Shown here: piece by piece, positions 46,446-56,655 of the stretch
Layout of the letters: every line of letters starts with the position of its first letter
How positions within the stretch are numbered: the first letter of the stretch is position 1
Assembly: GCA_046542845.1 (NCBI GenBank)
Contig: JBKHAN010000002.1
Span: 15,396-79,395 of the forward strand
Direction of reading: 5' to 3'
Length of the DNA stretch: 64,000 nucleotides
Source: Spirochaetaceae bacterium
GTDB taxonomy: Bacteria > Spirochaetota > Spirochaetia > DSM-27196 > SKKC01
Position numbers and translations under genes: made by a program
Notes under the pieces: generated by a model
What the model was told of the DNA's origin: nothing
Databases searched by the model: none
Seen by the model: only the letters and a program-made list of their open reading frames with translations

Positions 46446-47083
46446 GCCTTGAGATCCGTCGACTGTATGTACCCGACGTTTCGCTCCTGCATGCTTCGGC
46501 GCGCGGTCTGTACGGACCCCTGCGGAATATCCACGCCCCGGGTGCAGTCGGCGATTACAAAGGTCTCGAAGCCGCAGCCCACCGAATCCTCAGCGGAGAA
46601 GCGAACACAGAAATCCTCTGCGAGACCCGCGATGTACACCTTCTGTATCCCGAGTCCCCTCAGATAACCCTCAAGCCCCGTAGGGGTCGTATGGTCGTTT
46701 TCGAAGAACGCGGAATAGCTGTCAAGCTCTGCCGACGTTCCTTTGTGCAGAATCAGGTTAACAGGTTTCCGATCGAGGTCCGGGTGGAAATCGGCTCCGG
46801 GGGTCCCCTGAACACAGTGCACGGGCCACAATTGCTGCTGTATGCCGTTGTACGTAACGGTATCCCCGGGGGTGCCGCCGGGGTGCGCCTCCGCGAAACT
46901 CACATGCCCCGAAGGGTGCCAGTCACGAGTAGCAACGACAAGCGGAAAACGGTGCATGAGAGAGTTGATACGCGGAATGATCGTGTCTCCATAGTCCACT
47001 GCAAGAGACCCCCCCGGGCAGAAGTCGTTCTGAACATCAATAATCAGGAGGACAGAGTCTGTCCGGTCAATCCGTTCTTTCAT
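46442..47083 (-). CDS. pncA: Nicotinamidase/pyrazinamidase (isochorismatase family)
   Basis: LLIIDVQNDFCPGGSLAV, ATRDWHP..H, and the catalytic-Cys context IAGLAEDFCVRFSAED. Confidence 0.88.
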   Translation of the reverse strand: MKERIDRTDSVLLIIDVQNDFCPGGSLAVDYGDTIIPRINSLMHRFPLVVATRDWHPSGHVSFAEAHPGGTPGDTVTYNGIQQQLWPVHCVQGTPGADFHPDLDRKPVNLILHKGTSAELDSYSAFFENDHTTPTGLEGYLRGLGIQKVYIAGLAEDFCVRFSAEDSVGCGFETFVIADCTRGVDIPQGSVQTARRSMQERNVGYIQSTDLKA

Positions 47084-47175
47084 GGAATGAGACTACTAAT
47101 TATCCCGGGTACTGAAAAGACCGACCCGTACACGCGTACCATCCACCGTCAGGAAGCTGCTTCATGGTGTTCGCT

Positions 47176-48456
47176 TTATCCGAGTATCTGCAGGACTTCG
47201 TCCATGTTCCTCAGGCTTTGTGCGATGTGGCGCCGCGTGGTGTCGTCGAGTGACGCCGGCGAGAGTCTCGCGAGCACCGCGTTCACCGAATCAATCGCGC
47301 GACCGGCCGACAGGTCGTCGTTCATTCCCTCTTCGAACGCGCTGCTAAGCTGCGTCGCCGGGTGCTCAGGCGGAAGTTCCGGCAGGTCACCGGGCTCATC
47401 GGGAAGACGCTCGGCCTGCACAACGTCGTTGATGCGTGCGCGCAGGGTGTCAAGGAAGGCGGCGGTGCTTTTCATAGCCTCGGCGGTAAAGTTCATGCGC
47501 GAGCGATAATGAACCGACATGAGCATGTATCGCAGGTGTCGCGGCTCGTATCCCGCGTCGATCAGGTGCTCCGGATAGGTAACGTTACCCGCGCTTTTGC
47601 TCATGACTTCGCCGTCTATATACAGGTGTTCCCCGTGAAGAAAATAGCGTGCGAAATCCTTCCCGGTGTACGCTTCCATAACGGCAATATTATAGTCGTG
47701 GTGCCGGTACAGATTATCGATACCACCGCACTGTATGTCGATCTGGTCCCCCAGATTTTCGATGATCATGGCGGGGTCCTGAATGTTCCAGCCCGGTCTC
47801 CCGCGTCCGATGACGGTGTCCCAGGACGATCCCTCCGGCATTACCCCACCCCGATGTTCGGGATGCCAGAGTACAAAATCGCCGAGGTTCCATCGACGCC
47901 CCTCGTAGGTATCGAAGCCGAACCGTACACTTCGTTTCGGCATGCGGCGTGTATCGAGGCCATACAGGCGGCCGAAATTTTTCACGCTCACCGGCCGAAA
48001 ATAGTATTTCCCGTCGTGCTCGTACGCAAAGCCGTCGGCGACGAGTTTCTGTATCATCCTGACGGCGGTTTCAACCGACTCGGTTGCCCGCGGAATCTTC
48101 TCCGGGAGCTTGAGCTTCAGGAGTGCGGTCTCGTCGAAAAAGTGATCCTGCACCGAACCGGTAATCGCCTGTATGCTTTCGCCCGCTCCCGCTGCTTCGG
48201 AGACGGTCTTGTCCTCGACGTCGGTAAAATTGATGACCCGGTGCACCGTATACCCCAGGTACTCAAGATAGCGCACCAGAAGGTCTTCGTAGGTAAAGCT
48301 GCGGTAGTTTCCGATATGCGGTCGACGATAGGTCGACGGACCACAGGTGAATATTCGCACCGTGCCTGCTTCCCGGGGCCGAAACAGTTCTTTTTTTCGA
48401 CCGAGCGTATTGGTAAGGGTGAGGCATTCTCGCGTGCTTTGCATAGAGCACAGCAT
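47176..48456 (-). CDS. Divergent CysRS-like class I aminoacyl-tRNA-synthetase paralog (426 aa) with altered zinc/cysteine-site residues
   Basis: It retains CGPSTYRRPHIGN and NFTDVEDK. Where cysS has GWHIECS, HHTNE and KMSKS, the paralog reads GWNIQDP, HHDYN and VMSKS. It is shorter than the canonical copy at 25998-27437. Confidence 0.85.
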   Translation of the reverse strand: MLCSMQSTRECLTLTNTLGRKKELFRPREAGTVRIFTCGPSTYRRPHIGNYRSFTYEDLLVRYLEYLGYTVHRVINFTDVEDKTVSEAAGAGESIQAITGSVQDHFFDETALLKLKLPEKIPRATESVETAVRMIQKLVADGFAYEHDGKYYFRPVSVKNFGRLYGLDTRRMPKRSVRFGFDTYEGRRWNLGDFVLWHPEHRGGVMPEGSSWDTVIGRGRPGWNIQDPAMIIENLGDQIDIQCGGIDNLYRHHDYNIAVMEAYTGKDFARYFLHGEHLYIDGEVMSKSAGNVTYPEHLIDAGYEPRHLRYMLMSVHYRSRMNFTAEAMKSTAAFLDTLRARINDVVQAERLPDEPGDLPELPPEHPATQLSSAFEEGMNDDLSAGRAIDSVNAVLARLSPASLDDTTRRHIAQSLRNMDEVLQILG

Positions 48457-48477
48457 ACTGAAGCGCTTGGTAAACGT

Positions 48478-49569
48478 CTACGGCGCGGGTGGTGCGTCGC
48501 GTTCGCGGCGATGCTCGGGCATAAGGCTCGCGCGCATTCGCGGGAGGTGATCCGGATATGTCCGGGCGGCCCAGGTAATCAGGCCTTCACGTACGTTACA
48601 GCGAAGATCCCAGAGCGACGGAGCATCCGCAGCGCTCACCAGTGCGCGGAGCTCCATGCACCAGGTCTGCGCCTCGGTGACCTGCACAATACCCACACGA
48701 CCATCCCACAAGCTTTCTTTACTCAGAATACGGGTCAGTTCCAAGCGCACCTCATTGACCGGGACATCGTAGTCCACATACAGGAATACCGTGCCGATAA
48801 GCTCGCTCGTTACGCGGGTCCAGTTCTGAAAGGGTTTCTCCAGGAAGTAACTGCACGGCAGGACCATTCGTCGCTGATCCCATATCCGCAACACGACATA
48901 GGTTATCGTGATCTCCTCGACCTTACCCCACTCGCCTTCGGCGATCAGGACGTCGTCGAGGCGAATCGGTTGCGTAATGGCAAGCTGCAGCCCACTGAGA
49001 ATAAGACCGAGCGATCGCTGCGCCGCGAGTCCTATTATGATCCCGGCTACACCCGCTCCGGCGAGGAGCGTCGCTCCGACCTGCCGAACCGGTTCAAAAC
49101 TCAACAAGCCCATTGATATCCCGAGCAGGAGGACGACGACGATCCCAATCTGGCGAATCACGCGGACCTGCGTATGGACCTTCCGTGCTTTGAGATTGTC
49201 CCGCACGGCGAACGGATTCTTGTGCGAGACGTAGGCTTCCAGAACGTAGAACTGGTTTGCGCACAGCCAGGTTACCAGTGTGACAAAGAGGAGCGACACC
49301 AGATGTTCGAGCAGCTCCATGTGCGCATCCGGCAGCTCAAGCAGAGGAATCGCAGCTGAAACTGCAATCAGCGGCAGAAACCAAATCGCCGGACGCCCCA
49401 CGTAGCGCACCAGAATCGCTGCAAGCGGCTTGTCGGCACCGGCAAACACCCGCCCGACAACGTAGCGGACGAGAAGGGAAAGGAAGACCGCGGCAGTCGC
49501 GATCAATGTAAGCACGGCCCAGGGTCCTAAAACCTCGAACACGTCTTCCACGATCGCTACCGGGGTCAC
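48478..49569 (-). CDS. Mechanosensitive ion channel family protein (MscS-like, larger paralog)
   Basis: Several N-terminal TM helices followed by LQLAITQPIRLDDVLIAEGEWGKVEEITITYVVLRIWDQRRMVLP. The start overlaps the M16 peptidase stop by 4 nt. Confidence 0.88.
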   Translation of the reverse strand: MTPVAIVEDVFEVLGPWAVLTLIATAAVFLSLLVRYVVGRVFAGADKPLAAILVRYVGRPAIWFLPLIAVSAAIPLLELPDAHMELLEHLVSLLFVTLVTWLCANQFYVLEAYVSHKNPFAVRDNLKARKVHTQVRVIRQIGIVVVLLLGISMGLLSFEPVRQVGATLLAGAGVAGIIIGLAAQRSLGLILSGLQLAITQPIRLDDVLIAEGEWGKVEEITITYVVLRIWDQRRMVLPCSYFLEKPFQNWTRVTSELIGTVFLYVDYDVPVNEVRLELTRILSKESLWDGRVGIVQVTEAQTWCMELRALVSAADAPSLWDLRCNVREGLITWAARTYPDHLPRMRASLMPEHRRERDAPPAP

Positions 49570-52517
49570 AACGTCAGTTCCTCTATGGTCGCATCCAGCC
49601 CGGGAATTTTGTCGCGCACAGCTTCGATGCGTTCCGCACGGGCAATGACGCAGGCTTTGGACTCGCTCCAGCGATCAAGGAGGCGTCGAGCGGCAAGCTG
49701 AATATCCTCAGGCGTGGTACGAAGCAAGGAGTCCCGCTTAAGCTGTCGGAGCTCGTCGGTGATATTCAAGAGGTATCGACGCAGATCGATCATGTTGGTT
49801 TCCGAGGGCGAATAGGGTCTCAGATCCTTTCCGACGATCCCGATAACCGCAAGTTCTACATCCCGCGCCGACGGCGCCTCCATGGCGTAGCGCTTAAGCC
49901 CCTCCTCAAAGGCCTGAAACGTCTCCACGATTCGCGGGTCTCGATAACTTGCAAAGGAAAACACGCCCTCCGTTGCCGAGGACACGGCGAAGGCGCCGTA
50001 GGCTCCGCCTTCCATGCGGATGCGCTCCCAGAGAAAACCGGTCTTCAGAAGATGGCTCAACACCAGCTCGTGCGCGTATCCGTCGTCGTCAAGCTTTGAC
50101 CCGGGAACGACGCGGGCCACGTAGCCGACATCGCCGGGAACACCGTATCCCCGGACCGCACTGCCGGTGTTCGGGGCAAAACTATCGGGATGCTGCGGTA
50201 CCACGTGGTCTATAGACCGGGCAAAATCCCGGAGAATCCGGTCGGCCAGAGGCAGATCGGGCGCTTCGGCGGAAACAGATGCCTTGAGCCTCGTTGCGGT
50301 GAAAACCTGCCTTCTGAGCGCCTCCAGGTCCTCGGTAAAGCTCTGCATGGACGACTGTATATCCACCGAGTTCATGAACTCCAGCTGTTGTATGCCCCGG
50401 AACCGGTTGCTCAGCGCCTCGGCGGCTGAGAGCCGGGAGGCGGCCTCGAGCCGCGCAAACGCGCTTCCCCCGGGAAGGACGTTACTGCGGAGATCGTTTC
50501 GAGCCTCGACGAAAAGGTCGCGAATACGTCGTTCGTCGGAGAAGTCCGGTGACCGAAGGCAGTCGAATGCGAGTGCGCTCCCGGTTTCGAGCGTCGACGC
50601 GAGCGCCTTGAGCCGGATATAGAGATACGGTATCGGCTCGGTGGAACCGAGGGGCTGGTCCACATCGACGCCGCCTGAAAACCCTCCCGTGGTCAGATCG
50701 AGCCTGCGCGCGACCTCGTCGTACGACATACCGGGCAGTCCGACGTCGGTCACGGCGTTCGCGAGGAACGGGACGAGCGGAAGGAGCCTGTTCTCTACAC
50801 CTCGAAGGTCAAATGCAAGGTCGTAGTACACGATACCGCCGGTCTCAATGGTGTGAAGCAGCGATACACCGCCCCCGGCTACACTCCCCGCATCCGACTC
50901 GATACGCCGTATGTCGCGCGGTACATCCGACAGCGTCAGAAATGGTACCCGCGCGACCGCCTCGGGTTCGTCTGGTTCGCGTTGCAGCCGTTCGAGAGCT
51001 TCGTTGGCCTGCCTCAGAAGCTCGAGGTCGGCTTCCGTCATTCCCCCCTTCACGCTCTCAAGCTCCGCCCTGGCGCGGGCGTCTTCTTTTTCGGCGAGCT
51101 CCGGATCCGGAGTGACTACGAGGGTTGACCGGTGAGGATTGTTGATCAGGTATTCGTCTATGAGAGACTCGAAGTATCGCGGATGTGCGGACAACGCTTC
51201 GCGCAGCCCGGCAAACGGAGCCTCGAAGGCGAGCGTTGACTCCGGCGCATCACCATGGAGCCAACCCCTGAGCGCGCGCCGCATAAGCCTCAGTCCGTAC
51301 CCGACACCCGGGCGTTCACGGTGGCTGAACTCCATTTTCCTGAGTGTGCCCTCAATAACGTCGGGGTCGATTCCATTATCACGAAGACTCACGAGCGTGG
51401 AAAAAATGATCTGTTCGATCTCCTCGCGACGTTCCGGATCGGTGCCGCGTAAACCGGCGGAGAACACGATCTGCCTGAGTTCCGTCTCTATCCCCGTCGG
51501 TGCGCTCAGGTCTTCACCGAGCCCGCTTTCGATCAGGGCAACGTAGAGCGGGGATCCGCTCCCGCCGAGAAGTATATCGGCGAGCGCGCTGAAACGGATA
51601 AGCTCCTCGGCGCGGGTGCTTTCGGGCAGAAGCCAGTTTACGGTTACCGAAGCCTGTCGGGCCGTATCGGGATTTTCTGTCGGGTACTGTGCGTATTCGA
51701 CTCTTGGAGCATCCCACCGTGACTGAAGTGCAACGTCAACCGTCGGCTGGGAATCGTGAAATCGACCGAGAAATTCATCGTGCAGAAAGTTCAGGTATCG
51801 CTCGGTCGGCACGTTGCCGTACAGAAAGATTCGCGCGTTCGACGGATGGTAGGCACGTCGGTGGAAATCTATAAAATTCTCGTAGGTCAACCGCGGAATG
51901 TCTTCCGGACGGCCGCCCGAGTCGTACCCGTACGCGGTGTCCGGGAATATCGACCGGATGGACAGCTCACCGGCGATAGCGTCGTGCGTCGAGTAGGCGC
52001 CTTTCATCTCGTTGTATACGATTCCGGAGTATTGCAGCGAGCCATCGTCGTTGACGATAAGCCTGTGCCCCTCCTGCCGAAACATTTCTTCTTTCAACAG
52101 CGGGAAAAACACCGCGTCGCCATAGACTTTCATGAGATTGAACAAATCCGCATCGACGGTACTGCTGGCCGGGTACACGGTCTTGTCGGGAAAGGTAAGC
52201 GCATTCAGAAAGGTATACATGCTTCCTTTCAGGAGAAGCAGGAAGGGATCCTTCACCGGATAGCGTTCCGAACCGCACAGCACGGTATGCTCGAGAATGT
52301 GAGCAACCCCCGTTGAGTCCTGCGGCACGGTCTTGAAGACGAAGGCGAACAGGTTCTCTTCGTCGTCGTTGGACAGGTGATACACTTCACAACCGGAGGA
52401 CACGTGGCGAAACAGGCGCCCGACACCACGGTACTCGGGCAGCGGGGTGTCGGATACGTGCTCGTAGGCGTCGTGCTCTGGAAAAAGCGGGTGAGTATGT
52501 TCCTCGTTCGTGCTCAT
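49566..52517 (-). CDS. M16-family (insulinase/PreP-like) zinc metallopeptidase, 983 aa
   Basis: Inverted zinc motif HILEHTVLCGS (HxxEH) near the N-terminus. The length and four-domain layout are typical of PreP/M16C. Confidence 0.92.
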   Translation of the reverse strand: MSTNEEHTHPLFPEHDAYEHVSDTPLPEYRGVGRLFRHVSSGCEVYHLSNDDEENLFAFVFKTVPQDSTGVAHILEHTVLCGSERYPVKDPFLLLLKGSMYTFLNALTFPDKTVYPASSTVDADLFNLMKVYGDAVFFPLLKEEMFRQEGHRLIVNDDGSLQYSGIVYNEMKGAYSTHDAIAGELSIRSIFPDTAYGYDSGGRPEDIPRLTYENFIDFHRRAYHPSNARIFLYGNVPTERYLNFLHDEFLGRFHDSQPTVDVALQSRWDAPRVEYAQYPTENPDTARQASVTVNWLLPESTRAEELIRFSALADILLGGSGSPLYVALIESGLGEDLSAPTGIETELRQIVFSAGLRGTDPERREEIEQIIFSTLVSLRDNGIDPDVIEGTLRKMEFSHRERPGVGYGLRLMRRALRGWLHGDAPESTLAFEAPFAGLREALSAHPRYFESLIDEYLINNPHRSTLVVTPDPELAEKEDARARAELESVKGGMTEADLELLRQANEALERLQREPDEPEAVARVPFLTLSDVPRDIRRIESDAGSVAGGGVSLLHTIETGGIVYYDLAFDLRGVENRLLPLVPFLANAVTDVGLPGMSYDEVARRLDLTTGGFSGGVDVDQPLGSTEPIPYLYIRLKALASTLETGSALAFDCLRSPDFSDERRIRDLFVEARNDLRSNVLPGGSAFARLEAASRLSAAEALSNRFRGIQQLEFMNSVDIQSSMQSFTEDLEALRRQVFTATRLKASVSAEAPDLPLADRILRDFARSIDHVVPQHPDSFAPNTGSAVRGYGVPGDVGYVARVVPGSKLDDDGYAHELVLSHLLKTGFLWERIRMEGGAYGAFAVSSATEGVFSFASYRDPRIVETFQAFEEGLKRYAMEAPSARDVELAVIGIVGKDLRPYSPSETNMIDLRRYLLNITDELRQLKRDSLLRTTPEDIQLAARRLLDRWSESKACVIARAERIEAVRDKIPGLDATIEELTL

Positions 52518-52564
52518 GCTCCGAATAATACACAGAGCCGGGGCGAAACTCTACCGTCAGACGC

Positions 52565-53287
52565 TCAGATAAACTGAATATCGGTGAGCAGGGTCAATCG
52601 CGTTTTGGTTCGCTCGTCTGCCGGGTTAATATCCAGGGCTTTGCGATAGCTCTGCACGGCTTTGGCGTTGTCGTGCATACCGTAGTAGACTGTTCCAAGC
52701 ATGTAATGAACTTCAGCGAAGTGTGGTGTCTGCTCCGCGAGTTCGAGGAGCAGCGGGAGCGCCTCTTCGTACTTCTTGGCTTTCACCTTCAGCTGCGCGA
52801 GATACATGTTGGCGATAATGCTCTGTTCACTCTGTACCTTGAACGCCTCGAAGCCCTTCGCTGCGTCCTCGTCGTTCCCGAGATACATGTGAATAAGGCC
52901 TATGAAGTAATTCGCGAGTGCGTGACTGTTAGGCCCGGTAGACACGCGCTGGAAAGCCTCAAGCGCGTGCCGCAGATGCCCCTTCCGGTAGAAGCATACG
53001 CCGAGCTTGTAATATGCGAGTGTGAACTCAGGATTCAGCAGAATAGCCGCGTGATACATCTTGACCGCGTCGTTGAGTTTGCCGATGGAGTAGTACACGT
53101 CGCCAAGCATAAGGCGCACGAAGGTACTGCTCTCATACCTGTCGCACAGTTCCTTGAATTTGGGCTCGGCTTCTTTCCAGTGTCCGGAAAGATATGCGTT
53201 CATGGCGTCGACGTAATCGGGATCCGCGTAGTTCAGTTCCATAGGCGACAAGTGTACACCGGCCTCGTCGGCACTGCAATAGATCAT
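52565..53287 (-). CDS. Tetratricopeptide-repeat protein
   Basis: Several TPR-like units, for example AVKMYHAAILLNPEFTLAYYKLGVCFYRKGHLRHALEAFQRV and AVQSYRKALDINP. The start may be an internal Met (MELNY...). Confidence 0.8.
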   Translation of the reverse strand: MIYCSADEAGVHLSPMELNYADPDYVDAMNAYLSGHWKEAEPKFKELCDRYESSTFVRLMLGDVYYSIGKLNDAVKMYHAAILLNPEFTLAYYKLGVCFYRKGHLRHALEAFQRVSTGPNSHALANYFIGLIHMYLGNDEDAAKGFEAFKVQSEQSIIANMYLAQLKVKAKKYEEALPLLLELAEQTPHFAEVHYMLGTVYYGMHDNAKAVQSYRKALDINPADERTKTRLTLLTDIQFI

Positions 53288-53313
53288 CAGGCCGACGTTC
53301 GGTGCTCCCGTGA

Positions 53314-54699
53314 TCAGACCATAGAGCGGGGATCGAGGATGTCGTTCAGCTCGCTCTCGCTCACCACCTTCGCTTCGAGGCAGACGTCGCGTATGGTACG
53401 CTTTTCCTTGAACGCCTTGTACGCGAGCTCACTCGCCCGGTCATATCCGATCGTGCGGGCAAGCGGCGTTACCATCGCGGTACTCCACTCGATCCAGTGT
53501 TCGCAGCGTTCGGTGTCCGCCGTTATACCGTCGATGCAGCGCTCCGCGGCGGCGGTACACGTCGCGGCGAGCGTGGTCATTGCGTCGACCGTCTCATAGG
53601 CAATAAGCGGGTTCATCATGTTCAGCTGCAGTGGTGCGTTCTGGGCACCCATGGTCACCGCGAGAACCTGGCCATGAACATGCGCGGCAACCTGAATCAT
53701 CATTTCCGGGATAACCGGATTCACCTTCCCCGGCATGATACTGCTTCCAGGTTGCAGGCTCGGCAGCGCGATCTCACCGAGCGCGCTTCTCGGACCCGAA
53801 TCAAGGAGACGAAGGTCATTTGCTATCTTCATGATTGCGACGGCAAGCCCGTTTATCGCTCCCATGAGCTCGACCTGCGCGTCGCGTGCGGCGATTCCTT
53901 CGAAGGGAAGACCCGAGGGCCGAAACGGAAGCCCCGTTGCGCGTGCAATTTCAGCAACGACCGCGGGGCGGTAGTCGGGATGCGCGTTCAGGCCGGTGCC
54001 GACCGCGGTACCTCCGAGCGGGAGCTCCTCGAGCGACGCTGCGGTGCGCTGTATTCGATCGTGCGCTTTCCGAATCTGCAGGGCGAACGTGGCAAACTCC
54101 TGACCCAGGGTCATAGGAACCGCGTCTTTCAGGTGGGTCCGTCCGAGCTTGACCACATCCTTGAACTCTTCGGCTTTGCGATCGAGCGATGTCGCGAGTT
54201 TCATGACACCGGCAAGCAGGTCCTCAAGCACCATGCGGTCGGCAACGTGAACGGCTGTCGGTATAACGTCGTTCGAGCTTTGTCCGCGATTCACGTGGTC
54301 GTTCGGGTGAACGGGTTTCTTGCTGCCTATCGTACCCCCGAGAATCTCGATTGCCCGGTTCGACAGCACCTCGTTGATGTTCATGTTCCACGAGGTGCCG
54401 CTTCCGGTCTGAAACACATCGATGGGAAACTGATCGTCCCACTTCCCCGAAATGACTTCGTCGGCGGCCTGTATAATCGCGTCGGCGAGCGAGCGGTCGA
54501 GCTCGCCGAGATCCGCGTTTACGACCGCTGCTGCGCGTTTTATATGACCGAGCGCGCGTATCATGGCGACTGGAATCCGTTTGTCCGAAATCGTGAAGTT
54601 CTCAACCGCCCGTTGTGTCTGCGCCCCGTAATAGGCTGATGCGGGAAGCTTTACCTCTCCCATTGTATCTGCTTCGATGCGAAATTGTTCAGTGCTCAT
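53314..54699 (-). CDS. fumC: Fumarate hydratase, class II
   Basis: Track ORF 54831 trimmed to ATG 54699 (MSTEQFRIEADTMGEVKLPASAYYGAQTQRAVENF). Signature GSSIMPGKVNP. The trimmed protein is 461 aa. Confidence 0.95.
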   Translation of the reverse strand: MSTEQFRIEADTMGEVKLPASAYYGAQTQRAVENFTISDKRIPVAMIRALGHIKRAAAVVNADLGELDRSLADAIIQAADEVISGKWDDQFPIDVFQTGSGTSWNMNINEVLSNRAIEILGGTIGSKKPVHPNDHVNRGQSSNDVIPTAVHVADRMVLEDLLAGVMKLATSLDRKAEEFKDVVKLGRTHLKDAVPMTLGQEFATFALQIRKAHDRIQRTAASLEELPLGGTAVGTGLNAHPDYRPAVVAEIARATGLPFRPSGLPFEGIAARDAQVELMGAINGLAVAIMKIANDLRLLDSGPRSALGEIALPSLQPGSSIMPGKVNPVIPEMMIQVAAHVHGQVLAVTMGAQNAPLQLNMMNPLIAYETVDAMTTLAATCTAAAERCIDGITADTERCEHWIEWSTAMVTPLARTIGYDRASELAYKAFKEKRTIRDVCLEAKVVSESELNDILDPRSMV

Positions 54700-54730
54700 G
54701 CCGCAGATCATACAACAGGATGTCGGTCTC

Positions 54731-54759
54731 GTGACAACTGATTTTTGCCATTGTATACT
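54731..54759 (+). promoter_or_regulatory. Sigma70-like promoter GTGACA-N17-TATACT upstream of the mdh-family tandem
   Basis: -35 at 54731-54736 and -10 at 54754-54759, followed by AGGAGAG (54774-54780) and ATG 54788. Confidence 0.45.
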
Positions 54760-54787
54760 GCTTCCAAGACTATCAGGAGAGAAAATC

Positions 54788-55696
54788 ATGAAACAGATAG
54801 GCATCATAGGCGCCGGCAACACGGGCGCCAATACCGCGTTTTTCCTCGCGGAAAAGCGGGTTGGACGTGTCGTGCTTCAGGATATCAAGGAAGGCCTCGC
54901 TCTCGGCAAGGCGCTGGATATAATGGAAGAAGCTCCCCTGGCACGCTATCAGTTCTCGATTACGGGAACCGATAGCGAACAGGAGGCACTGAACTCCGAC
55001 GTTGTGCTGCTCGCAATCGGCGCGGTCCGACAACCGGGACAAGACCGAACCAGCGTCTGGCCTGAGAACAGAAAGCTCGTGACGTCCTTCGCCGAGAAGC
55101 TCAGAGGCTTCAACGGCGTCGTTATTATCGTGACGGAACCCGTTGACGCCTCGGTCACGCTGTTTCAGTCGGTCTCCGGCATCGAAGCAGGCAGGGTGCT
55201 CGGCATAGGTGGCGCGCTCGACGGCGAGCGCATGCGGTACCTCGTATCGCGCGAGCTGCATTGCGTAACCGAGGATATCGACGCCCTGGTCATTGGTCGA
55301 CACGATCAACATATGATCGTCCCGCAGGACTATACCCGCGTATCGGGCATTCCAGTCCGATACCTCATGGATCAGGCGAGTCTGCATGCGATTGTCCAGA
55401 AAGTGAAAAACGCCGGTGACATTGTACTCGAGTCGAGCAAGCGAAGCAGCGCGTTCTATGCGCCTGCGATGGTCACCGCCGATATCATTCAGGCCATTCT
55501 GAACGACAGCCGGCGGATGTTCAGTGTTTCAATGAAGCTTACCGGTCAGTACGGCGTGACTGACGCTGCGCTCAGCGTGCCGGCCATGATCGGTGAAAAC
55601 GGCGCCGGCACGGTGCTCGAACCGAAGCTGTCGGACGCCGAGCTGCAGACCTTCCGCGAATCTGCCGCAGAAATTGCAGCACTGGTTCAATCCTAA
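54788..55696 (+). CDS. Divergent lactate/malate dehydrogenase family paralog (302 aa)
   Basis: Track ORF 54677 trimmed to ATG 54788. Rossmann motif MKQIGIIGAGNTGANTAFFLA. The substrate loop reads AVRQPGQDR and the catalytic-His region VIGRHDQH. The canonical copy downstream has GIPRKPGMDR and LGGHGD at these positions. Confidence 0.85.
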   Translation: MKQIGIIGAGNTGANTAFFLAEKRVGRVVLQDIKEGLALGKALDIMEEAPLARYQFSITGTDSEQEALNSDVVLLAIGAVRQPGQDRTSVWPENRKLVTSFAEKLRGFNGVVIIVTEPVDASVTLFQSVSGIEAGRVLGIGGALDGERMRYLVSRELHCVTEDIDALVIGRHDQHMIVPQDYTRVSGIPVRYLMDQASLHAIVQKVKNAGDIVLESSKRSSAFYAPAMVTADIIQAILNDSRRMFSVSMKLTGQYGVTDAALSVPAMIGENGAGTVLEPKLSDAELQTFRESAAEIAALVQS

Positions 55697-55707
55697 GGAG
55701 TACAACA

Positions 55708-56640
55708 ATGGCAAAAGTATCAATTATCGGAGCAGGAAACGTCGGGGCGACAACGGCGTATTTCATCGCAAAGCAGAATATTGCCGACGTTGTCGTTCTC
55801 GATGTTGTCGAAGGCATGCCTCAGGGCAAAGCGGCCGACTTTCTGCACGGTTCAGCATCGGCGGGCTTCAGCCGTAACACCCATGGGACGAACGACTACG
55901 CAGACATCGCGGGTTCGGATGTTGTCGTGCACACGGCCGGCATACCACGAAAACCAGGCATGGATCGAATGGATCTGCTGAAGACCAACGTCAATATTGC
56001 CAAGAACGCCGCGCTGAACGTACGCAAATTCGCCCCGAATGCAGTGGTTATCGGAGTCGCAAATCCGCTCGATGTCATATGTATGGCGCTGTACCGCGAG
56101 ACCGGATTCCCGGTCGAACGGGTCATAGGTATGGCCGGTGTCCTCGACTCGACGCGCTTTCAGTATTTTATCGCAGAACACCTGAATGCGTGGCCGGGAG
56201 ACGCAAAGGCCATGGTCCTCGGCGGCCACGGGGACAGCATGGTGCCGGTCCCGGACTACACCTCACTCGGCGGGTTCGCGCTTCCCGAGGTTATGGATAG
56301 CGACACGATCGACCGTCTCGCCGGCCGGACGAAGACCGGTGGAGGAGAGATCGTGAAATACCTCAAGACCGGAAGCGCGTACTATGCGCCGGCGGCGAGT
56401 GCAGCAAAAATGGTCGACGCGGTCATTACCGGCAAGCGCAGGGTGTGCGCCGCAAGCGCGTACCTGCGGGGTGAATACGGCTACCGCGATATTTTCCTCG
56501 GTGTTCCCGTTATCATCGGCTCAAGCGGTCTCGAGAAGGTTATTGAGCTGCCGCTGACCGACGCACAGAAGTCTGCGCTCGACCAGTCCGCGCAGGCGGT
56601 TAAGGACGGAGTGGCAACGCTCGACTCGCTCGGCGCGTAG
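55708..56640 (+). CDS. mdh: Malate dehydrogenase (LDH-like, NAD-dependent)
   Basis: MAKVSIIGAGNVGATTAYF, TAGIPRKPGMDRMDLL, VLDSTRF, VLGGHGDSMVP. Confidence 0.93.
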   Translation: MAKVSIIGAGNVGATTAYFIAKQNIADVVVLDVVEGMPQGKAADFLHGSASAGFSRNTHGTNDYADIAGSDVVVHTAGIPRKPGMDRMDLLKTNVNIAKNAALNVRKFAPNAVVIGVANPLDVICMALYRETGFPVERVIGMAGVLDSTRFQYFIAEHLNAWPGDAKAMVLGGHGDSMVPVPDYTSLGGFALPEVMDSDTIDRLAGRTKTGGGEIVKYLKTGSAYYAPAASAAKMVDAVITGKRRVCAASAYLRGEYGYRDIFLGVPVIIGSSGLEKVIELPLTDAQKSALDQSAQAVKDGVATLDSLGA

Positions 56641-56655
56641 CCACACGCTCAAGGT

